Of a stretch of DNA of 64,000 nt, positions 1-10,383 are shown one piece after another. Numbering within the stretch: position 1 is the first letter of the stretch; each line of letters begins with the position of its first letter. This stretch comes from Orbicella franksi. Taxonomy: Eukaryota. A model generated the notes under the pieces. The model ran no database searches and had not been told where the DNA came from. It saw nothing but the letters and a program-made list of their open reading frames with translations. Both the position numbers and the translations under genes were made by a program. The stretch lies in contig OZ116698.1 in the NCBI GenBank assembly GCA_964199315.1, positions 34,596,001 to 34,660,000 of the forward strand, read 5' to 3'.

Positions 1-946
1 GTAAGCAAAAAATAGAGCATTTGTTTGACCTTCATGCTTTGCTGAAACGATTGGTGCACTAGCCATCGAGTAACTCCACAAAAACGGAACATGTTTTGCC
101 ACGAAATCCTTTATTGATAAAGTACGTGATGAGGACAAGCTTATTATTTCTCCAGCGTTACGCTACACTTTTGTCATTTATTTTTCGCATTCCCCAGTGA
201 GCACAGAAGACTATAATTAGAAGTGAATAACTAATCAACGCGAAAACTAAGGGATAAATCTTAAAAAAAACAATTTCGACTTCCGCTTTTCCATTTTGCG
301 CGGGGAAATTCGACCAATCAAAATCTACGCAAAATATTTCTGCAAATGAAATTAGAAGTTCGTTGATTAGGCTATCATCTATGAACGGGCGTCTTTTGTA
401 CGCATGAGCAGTCATATCGATCAAGGTCTTTTGTGTTTCTGGGAGAGAAAAACATAACGTCGCCATCACAGATAATTAACCAATCTTATCTTTTTCATCA
501 ATTTCGAGAGTTCTTAGTCGACATGCAAAAGTACTAGCTCCACATTACTTACTGAAAACTTTCTTCAGACAGTCCTCGAGCTAAGCGTCGATTTATTGTT
601 TTGTAAATATTTTTTTCGAAAAGCGGCCAAGCACAAACGAAGAGAAATAAAAGACAAAAGTGCTTGAGATTCCTTTGTACTCCATCTTATTATTGGTGGT
701 AATTCTCCGTGAAAATAATGCACTTTTGTCTTCAAAGGCTGTGAATATTGCATAAAAGGCGTAAGCTTTAACATCGCCCGCCTTTTGGTAAATAAGACCT
801 TTAAACTAATCAGCTATTCGGTGCTCGAGGTGGAACGCAAGCAAGCAGTTAGACAAATCTCAACTCCCAAAAGTTGTAAGATATCACCTTCTGGACCGCA
901 AAGTATATACCATTACCACATCGTCGACAGTTTGAGAACACTGGAA

Positions 947-3900
947 ATGGAAGTCGAAAACAAGGTAAGGATAAATTTTGTTTCAGACAGCGTAGTTTGG
1001 GTGAGCGCTTGTAAGTTAAGTGGTGAATCGCATTGTTGCACAGAAATTCCACTCCTTGACAGTAGACGAAGTAACAACCAGCTGTCAGCAGGCATTTTCG
1101 CGCGGTTTTTGACACTTTCGACTGTTTGGCCAATTTGCTGGTTGTGAAAAGCGCGAAACTTTTGCTTGCTTTTTCTTGGTTTCTTCACCCACTTGCAATT
1201 GAGCTAGTTACGCCTCACCGAGTTGAGTTTCCTGCAAACTCACCGTAATCCACGATTTTCCTTCAATTTGCAACGAAATTTCGATATCAATCGATTGTAA
1301 GCAAGGGTATAAATTTAAAACTCGCTTTCGTCAATTTTTTTGCGGTGGGTCTGTTCTAGAAGTTTGGGAAACTTCGGTTTACGTAGGTAATTATGCAAAC
1401 ATCCAAAACTTTTATGAAGGGGAAAAACAAAAGGAAAATACTACCGTGATTTGCATGAAGTTTTTCATACTTTTTTCACCCAACAGGGTAATTTTCAATC
1501 TTTTCATGCAATCTCGAGATGTTTTTTGGTTGTAAGGGTGTGAGTGGATAGCAAGCAAACGGAATTTCTGAAAAAACTTGTTAACAGTTTTAAACAATGC
1601 CTCTTGCCTTCCATTGTGCCGAAAAACGATTTGCTTCGCTGCATTCGGTAATTTAAAAGCAAATTAGACAATTGTGAATATTTTATGTATGATTGAATGA
1701 ACCACGGACAAGTCTGATATTGCTTACTAATCACCGGGGGCTGAGAAGAAATAAAAATCGACAAGCTTCCGATCCTTGTTAAAAACCTTTTAAACTTACA
1801 AGCGCGCATACGCTGTCGCGTTTTGAAGCCGTTTTTACGAACAATTTCAATTGGGACGAAAAATGCTCCACCAGCGGAAAAGGTATACCGAGAAACAGGT
1901 TTTTAAATCAATCTCTTACACTGCTGAACTAAATACTTCTCTCGATTCTTACAAATGTAAAATGTGTATCTTTTGACAGGCGCGAAAAATGATCAACCCT
2001 GTCGTGGATAGCGTGAGTTTGAATCGGGACGAGATGTTTCAGCCTGTAGCCAAGAAAGCCCGTATGGTTTCATCGCCCAAAGTGATCTCCACAAAGCTTT
2101 CACCGTACTCCTTCACTGTGACTGACTTACAGAAATGTCTTTTCAACGCATCGGCCGTTCATCCAGTTAGCACACAGGACGTATTGGTGAAGAAAAAGGG
2201 ATCGACTTGTTTCTGTAAGTAATCCATGATGTGATGATAAAGTTACTCGAAATGCATCATAGGATATATTTTTTTAATGCTCATTTCGTGCGTGCAGCTT
2301 GATTGCACCTTGTTTTGATGGACTGAGAAAAACCACGCAACCAACTGTTCCGTTTTCTGGGAAAAATGAAAGCACTAAACTGTAATAGCATTTATTTGTC
2401 AAATCGTCTGTTCTGATATTTTGTCTAAAAACTTTCAAGAGTTATTGCGAAATAGAGTTACCAATGCAAGAAGTCACTTGCCCACTTTGCGTGTTTGTAT
2501 GAATTAGCTTGGCTTACAAACTAATCCAGTCTCAAGTCTTTATAATTTGTTGTCCAAAGGGTATTTTTGGAGTCGTTTTGATGATAATTTTTGTGTTCAG
2601 GGTGCGACGCTAGCTCAACAGATCCGAGTTTCCAGTGTCCGTGTCATCAACACGAAACTTCTGCCTCTCCACGAGCAACAAATCTGCCACTTGCTCTGAA
2701 ATCCCTTCCGCCGGAAGTGGACTTGTGTGCATCAAGCGTTCCAGGAACGGGATACGGTATTTGCGCCAAGCGAGCGATTCCTGTCGGCGCGTGGATTGGG
2801 CCTTATGAAGGAACATTTATGAAGCCTGAGGAGCTGTCTTCTGTTACAGATACTTCGTACATGTGGGAGGTATGTTGAGAATGTTAGAGATAAAAGCTTT
2901 GGGCGTTGTTACAATGCTCATTTTTGGGGGCGATAATTTCATTGATAATTTTCTTGCTTGGCATCCCTTAGATCTTTGAAGACGGCAAACTGGCGGGATT
3001 TGTTGACGGCAGTGACGAAAAAGTTTCAAGCTGGATGCGTTTCATCCGCTGTGCTCGCCACAAAGGTGAACAAAACCTGTTTGCCTTCCAGTACCTGGGA
3101 AAAGTGTACTACCGCTCTTTCAAGGCCATCCTGCCTGGACAGGAAATGCTGGTTTGGTACGATGAAAAATACCCACAATACCTTGGCGTCCCAAGCTCAA
3201 TCTTCGATATGGGTCCCTTGACAGCAAAAGGTAAATTTTTTGTTGATATTTGGGTGCGGCAGAATATATTTTTGGGTACATTTTGTTACAGTAGAGTGCA
3301 ATGTACGGGAAATTGATATATTGTTAACGTTTTCTCGATAGGAACTACAAAACAGCCAGAAAAGTTCGGCACTGTCCTTACGGAAGAAGGCCGGGTGCCA
3401 TCTGAGACACAATATCCACCCACCCCTCCCAGCTCAGTGTCTTCTCCCTCCAGTCCTCCGCATTCGCCAAACAGTCAGTCTGGGAGTCAGCAACAGCCAT
3501 CTCCGACCAGAGCAATCAGTGGTGAGCCGTTCAACGGTATTCAGAGCGACGTTCCTTCTGCCTTCGACTTTACGTCTGCTGTGACTGGCCCTGAAAAGCC
3601 ACAGCACCTGATGCTTCAGGAGAAGTTGGTGGTTAATCAGTCTCACCCGCTGCCATCGCCAGAAAGCGAGACCAGCAATCCTGCCTCACCCATCCCTACT
3701 GAAGATGGACAGAACAAAACTGCAAAACCAAGTCAACCCGTATTCAGCAACATCACTGAGCTGAGCCTGTGGAAGTGCGGCCAGTGCAAGAAGTCCTTTC
3801 CACAGAGAACCATGCTCCAAGTTCACGTCTGCAATGAGGCGCCAAAGAAGCCATATCAGTGCGGACACTGCTCGCAGAGCTTCTCACATCCCGCCCAACT

Positions 3901-4114
3901 GCGCGCGCATGCTGTCAGTCATGCCAGTAAGAAGCCATTCAAGTGCGGCTACTGTTCGCGTGCGTTTGCCGGGGCTACCACTCTGAACAATCACATAAGG
4001 ACACACACTGGTGAGAGACCGTTTGTGTGTGACAAATGCGGCAAGAATTTCACTCAAGGATCACAGCTTAGCAGACATCAGAGAATCCCTGGCGACTGTG
4101 TGGCCCGCGTTTAG
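947..4114 (+). CDS. PRDM6: PRDM6-like PR/SET zinc-finger protein, paralog G1 (about 517 aa, 5 coding exons)
   Basis: Exons 947-964 (MEVENK|gtaagg), 1980-2214, 2601-2869, 2972-3230, 3342-4114; all GT-AG, total 1554 nt, in frame. PR/SET motifs [29 protein letters not shown]. The four-finger array WKCGQC..HVC / PYQCGHC / [23 protein letters not shown] / [12 protein letters not shown] matches the vertebrate PRDM6 C-terminus as I recall it. The first microexon is less certain than the rest. Confidence 0.9.
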
Positions 4115-6680
4115 AAGAATATAAAAGAAACACTATGTCAGTGTGGACTAACACTGGAGTGTTGATCGGAAACGCTTATAGCCCAGATCTCGTCAACTGG
4201 AGATATTTTTTTGTGAATATGGTGTAGAAAAATGAAAGAATGTAAAAACAAGGACACTAAAGAGTAAAGACCTTCCATAGTTTATAATAAAAGAGCCAAT
4301 GACTACGATATTAACTATTTAGTTTTGAAAATTAATCAGGACAAGGAGCGTCTTTCATTTTTGAAGCTTATGAATGCTTGTAAAAGCACTTTAACTTCGT
4401 GGTTTTATTCTGATCATTGTACAACAAATGTAAATATTCGTATGTGTTCTTGAAGGGACGATCATGGTAGAACTGAATTACTCGTAATATGAAATTTGTA
4501 CATAGGGCATTTTGAGAGACTGTTCGGCGAACCAATAGACCTTGAAAAATAAAAACGACTTCATATAAATAGAACTTTTTGTAATTTTGATTAATTTTAG
4601 TTTCCTTACCGAAAAACTAGAAATTGTTGTAAGGACGTCTGCGTGTGGCATATTTGTGTTAGTTTTTAGTTACCGCGAAATTCCCTGCGCGCGAGGACTC
4701 GAACACGCAAAACCTAACGCGATTTCGCGTGCCTCGCACACGCGCGCGATGTTTACAAAGTGAACAAGTTTCTTCGAGGGAACTCCTAAAGTACGTGATT
4801 TTCCCTTTTGAATAGATAGCTTTTATTTTCATCCCAGGAATACTGTAGTATATTTACCATAAGCTTTATGGGTAGGTTAATAAAATGTTCGAGATAAATT
4901 TAGCAGATTCTTTGTCTATTTCTACGGTCAAAACAAAAGCAAATTCATGAATACAACACGGACTATCTGTAAATTTAAAAGCCTTGAATAACAAGAATGA
5001 AGACGTGAGAGATTGTTATCTCGTCGTTTCTACTCATGATTGTGGTACTGCTATCACCGCCCGCAATTAAGATCATCACTTAGCCGTGCATCTTTTATTT
5101 GCGCAGACAAAATTTTTCTCAGCCAACAGTTATGTCAACAGTCTTTATGGCGTTTAGTGGTCGCAGTTTATTTTCATGCAGAAAGTTCTGCCGTCATGCT
5201 GTGTAATTCTTTGATTTAACTTCCTTGGGGGATGCATTCCGATAGACTCTGGTACCGCCTTTTTACTTAAATACCCGTTATGTTTCATTGATTTCAAAAT
5301 AATCGTTCATCTGTTATTACTCGTGCCTCAAACTGGCTTTATTTTGCCGTTTCTTGCGTTCTTCCAGCCTGAACCGAACTCGTTGTTAGCTTTTTGAGCA
5401 AAAGGAAAGAACGATTGAACTGAGAAAAATCGCTTTTGTTAACCACATTATTAAGACTTATTTCATCTCAGTTCAATACAGTTCAGTGATTTCTTTGATT
5501 AGTTCAACACAAACAACTCAATGGAAAAGCCGACTGAATGAAAGTGTTTGGTTATTTGCATATTCTAATATATGTACCCTTTTAAACAGTCCTCAAGATT
5601 TCGTAACAGCCTTCGTAATTAATCTTAACGGATTAGCACAAGAATGGAGACGAGGTGGGAGTTAATGTTGCGTGCCATCCGGCCTTTCAAAGAAATCTTA
5701 AAATAAACCGGGCTGCCTGCATAATGATGGCTGTAATCGTGCCATGCTGGAGGCAAAATCGAATTCGAAAAGAATTTTCCAAGTTGTCCGTGGTTTTTTC
5801 ACTGTTGGTACAAGAAATTTCATCTAAAACTGCCATCTTCTTCAGACATTGCACCTGTAACTACGTCAAACGAAAACTAATGTGGAAATGTTGCAATGAT
5901 CTATTTATATGACTCTTCAAGAACGACGGCTTTTTTCTTGTTGGTTTGCTCAATGATTCAAACAGGAACATGGAAAAACGTGTTATTTCGTTTTTCTGAA
6001 CAATAAAACTGCACCCCCTCTTCACAGACCTCTCTAAACTTCCGCAGCACTTGAGTCGGACACAGCGGAAACGGATTTGCATCTTTACTGGTTTCCGTTT
6101 ACATCCGTTTCCGGTGATATCCATTTCCTGTCTTTCGTTTACTTTGGCACATGTTGCTTTCCGTTTCGGTCAATCAAGCGAATGTAACTGTTGTTTGTGG
6201 AAATAACTTTTCTGGGACAGTTTTATATCGTACCTGTCGTAGGTGACTGCAGCCGCTTGATTATGTAGATCTTGTGTTCTTAGACCCAGTGTTTCGTTTG
6301 AAAACGCAAGCTTTAGTTTCGATTTGTTCTTTCCGAACATCCACACTATAATGATCGAAAACGATCATAGCTCAAGTTCATCGAAAACGCTACATTTAAG
6401 AACATTTGAAAACGGAGTCCCCTCGTATATTAGTGTGGATAGCAAAAACACTGTCGTCATTTTGCGCCCTTCCCAATGTCTAAAGAAAACGCGCTGGGAA
6501 CCAGGCTGTTTATTCACATAACATGCGGGCTGCGCATGCGAAAATGATGGCTGTAGTGTTTCTCAGCAAATAAGCGTTTTCAAGCGTTGTTTTGTTCTGG
6601 TCTTTGGCGCCACGTTGTATAATAATGTTCCGAAAGACCAGTTTCATAAGATTTGTTTTGTACTTTTTCTTATATCCTTA

Positions 6681-6960
6681 GAGATGGACCATATGACTTT
6701 TGTAGGAAATGGTGGGGGAGGGGGTGGGGGGGCGAAACGGGAGGGGGGTAGGTGATTTTGAAAAAAAAAAATCCTGCTAGCATACTTGCACCAAAAACAA
6801 AATTTCACGCACGTTCAGAGAGACGGAAAGAAAAATGCTACACGGAGAAAAAATTATTCTGTAGGCAGACGTCCCGAGAAAAAGAATTCTTAGCGCATGG
6901 AAGGGTCTTGCCTATACCAAATCACCAACCCACCCACCTCGAGCGTCAAATGTGCACCCC
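6681..6960. mobile_element. Non-autonomous DNA transposon (MITE), PIF/Harbinger-like
   Basis: Imperfect TIRs GAGATGGACCATATGAC / GTCAAATGTGCACCCC, flanked by TTA at 6678-6680 and 6961-6963; no coding capacity. Confidence 0.55.
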
Positions 6961-7163
6961 TTATGTTTGAACCAGTTGAACCAGTTTACAGTAATGACGC
7001 TCTATTAGGGTTAATTCTGGCTAGCGATTTGGCCTTGAAGGGCGACATGAAGAAAATATAATAACTAGAATGACAAGACGCTTGACTCTTACCGCAATAA
7101 AGGAAAGAAAAGAGAAAACCAGGAAAACTTCCGCCCTGTTTTCAGTTTCTAAAACATTTTGAC

Positions 7164-7336
7164 GTCGACCAAATTAAGGAAACATGGAGGAGAACTGTAG
7201 AGGAAGAGAGCCAGAAGATGGGTTTTACCACTTGGAATGAAGCTGTCACTGTTGCAAGAGACAGAGCAGATTGGAGGAGACAAGTTCAATGGCCGTATTC
7301 TCCCAGAGGCGAGCTAGGAACTGTGATGATGATGAG
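7164..7336 (+). mobile_element. 5'-truncated RTE-type LINE insertion
   Basis: Translates as KETWRRTVEEESQKMGFTTWNEAVTVARDRADWRR (RTE ORF C-terminus), ends in a (GAT)n tail, and is bracketed by an 11-bp TSD AACATTTTGAC (7153-7163, 7337-7347). Confidence 0.8.
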
Positions 7337-9494
7337 AACATTTTGACAGAAAACTGGTGTGCTGGTAGGTAATCTCTCTAAAACGTGCACAGCTTATTTT
7401 TAGGCTATGAAAAGAAGAATACCAGAATACGAATCAGTTAACAGCATCCATTCCTTTCTCCTGCTAATAGTATTTTATTAAAAAGGTTGCCACTTAAAAA
7501 AATTTTTTAAAAATGTTACTGAAGGACAACACTCAACGAGAACCTTATTCGTCTTAGGGGAATTGGAACTGCAAAGAAAGGCCAGCGAGCAACAAATTTC
7601 ACTGAAATTTCACTGACATTTGTTGCTGATCTGCCACAGGCTGTGGTAGATCAGCGGTATTTATTTCAATATGAGAAACGGATGATCTGTTTACTTAAGC
7701 TAGTAACGTCGGTTTATTAATCTTGCCTTATTAAAAGCATTCAATGTCTTTAAAAGAAACTCATGCTCTGTGATTCGAGGTTAGTCACGTTGTTTCTTGC
7801 CGATCGAGAAATTAAAAAATAATAACTTCCTTAGTTCATTGGGAAACGTCTTTACCTTTAACTTAAATTTAGGTCAAGCCCTTTTTAAATCGGTTAGGAA
7901 ATTTTAATGGTTTGAGATATTTTCGTCGGTCGAGAATTTTTTTTAGCTGTTAAAAACTTTCTGTCAATGGAGAAAGTTTCACTGATAAGTCGATGTTTGA
8001 ACACTTGCCTTATTAAAATGCCTTATTAAAATGCCTTATTAAAATTAAAAAGGTCGGTCTTTGAAACGGAAAATGTAATTTCTGACGATTCAGGGGATAG
8101 GGAGGCTCGTGGGGTGTCATGGGACGTTTAGAGGCTTTTGGCGGGAGATTTAGGTCATTCTAGGTTAGTCAGTCTTCGTGTTTGTCTCCTTTTTTTTTAA
8201 GCTCTTGTTTTAACAGCTTATATGTATAATTGTCAAATGTTCTAGCTTGTTGATTTTGTACCCTTTCCTCGGGGTCTGGTTAGACGAGGAATACGCCGTT
8301 TTCCACGTATTTTTTTATCTAAAGGGTGGTTTTTAGTGGTTTTCCGTATCTGGGTAGCACAGGTTCTAATTGTTCGAACCAATAGTTGTAATTTGCAAGG
8401 ATTCTGATCATCTGGTCAGATCTTCTCAATAAACTATTCACAGTGAATGTTTCGTGTTGGTGTAGTCAGAATGACGAAGTTCCAACACGATATTCTTTCA
8501 AATTCAGAAGAGAGACATGCATACCTCCCCTAACAAGGCCTCACCATTGATGAACATCAAGTACAATGTTTTCGCGGAATGCAGTTTAAATTCCTTTAAA
8601 TGATATAAAGCAAATTCTGGCTCAATCTGTTTTCGTGTAACAGATCGGATGCCAAATAGTGCCGTGTTTATTATTTATTATTATCATTTTTTTATGGTCC
8701 AGTTATCTGTCTTAGCCTAGCTGAAAAGATATCGTAGGCAAGCGTATGGCTAAGTGAAACCTTATTGAAAGGTTATGGCACAAGTAACTGTCCCGAGGAA
8801 TTCAAGCCCGATGCATTGAATACTTTTTGTGTTTAAAAACCCAAAATTTTACAATGTATGGGTAATGTGTCCTAAAACATTACGCCCTAAAAGCTAAAAA
8901 ATTCGTCGGCATGTTACTAAGTTTCTCAAGCTCTTCAAATGTTTGGAGACAAGTTGTAACTGGCATGACGCCTTCTCAGTCTACCCAGAATTGTATTCTT
9001 ATGTGGATAAATGTAAACGATGACGTCAGCCTCGATCGCCCTATTGCCGTAAAAGAGCAACATCTCCTAAGAAAGCCTGGGTCTAGTGTACCACCGTCAT
9101 TGTTAATGTCCTTCTGTTAGTCTTCTCAGGAATTTAATTATCCTTTTGCATCAAAATGGTCCTCCAAAATTTCGGGAAAACGAAAAAACGTCGCCATTTC
9201 GTAGGCGACCAACAGCTACTGCACTCTAATGACTGATAGTGTACGAGTAGCTCAGCCAATCAGAATGCAGCATTTGCATTAGTATACTAGTAAAATTCTT
9301 CTAATAGGAATTAGTATAAATCTACTAGCGTTCTATCACGGATGGCGTTCTCTTATTGGCTACGCTACTCACTAACTATGCTGTTGTAGATAGCGAGTAG
9401 CGTAGCAGGGAATGCTTGTTAACAAACTGGGGGCTGCTTCTTTGCGTTTTCGAAGTGTCTGTGAAGAGGATTTAGATAAAGTTTTGAACGACTA

Positions 9495-9620
9495 ATAGAT
9501 TTATACTAAAACAATTAGATTATTCGCTCTCGATTTCTATGCATGATGGTTGACTCAGGCTGCGCCCTCGTCAACCCTCACGCGATAGAAATCTCGAGCT
9601 CGTAATCTAATTGTTTTAAA
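9495..9620. repeat. Long imperfect hairpin within an interspersed repeat
   Basis: ACAATTAGATTA..CTCGATTTCTAT..GGTTGAC / GTCAACC..ATAGAAATCTCGAG..TAATCTAATTGT inverted arms. Confidence 0.6.
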
Positions 9621-10383
9621 ATTTGAACAAGGGAATGCAACCGTGATTTCAAATACGCAAAATATATATATAAAGCGAAACCCCTGTCAACTTTTTAATT
9701 GAACTACCTCATCAGAACCATCATAAATAACTTCATAAAGGACGTTAATGTTAAACTAAACCTAAAAAAAAGTATTAAGTGTCATAATTCGAGTACTATT
9801 ATGAAAAGAGATGGCGAGAGTGGGTCGCCCTGGCGAACACCCCGTTTAACATTTTAAGTGTCATGCACCAAAAATACCGACAAAACTTTGTTCCAGAAAA
9901 TACAAAACTTTTAAAAATTGCCAGTCCCATACTCACAAAGTTCTCCCTTGTACCTCGCTGTTAGTTTACTCTCGAGTACCCTCCTCTAAGCCACTAGGCG
10001 TATGCTAACTGTAAATCATGCCAGACCTGGACAATTTGTATTTCTTATGTATTAATCATAGTGGCATTTATTAAGGCTGGAGAATTTAACACAAGTAGAA
10101 TAGATAACATTTAAATGCTTGGATTGTATTTATATTGTTAGGTATCGTTTATCGTTGTTCACACACATCTTATCGCTAAGCAAAGCTTAAATAAAAGCCA
10201 AAGCATCGGTGCTCTCTTTTAAAACTCTTAACTATATAAATTTCTATAGAGACAAGTCCCTTGTCATTAAAATCGACTTCAAATCGGCTTCCTGTATGAC
10301 TGGCTCTAGCTGGCAGGTTCGCATTGTTCTTTGGTTGTCGGTTTATTCAGGTTTTTCTCTTCAGTCCGAATGTCTTAGACCTT

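Noticed and set aside
785-1188. ORFs 785-1147 (+), 849-1133 (-) and 913-1188 (-) as independent genes
   Set aside because: No recognisable domains; only 947-964 is supported, as the G1 microexon.
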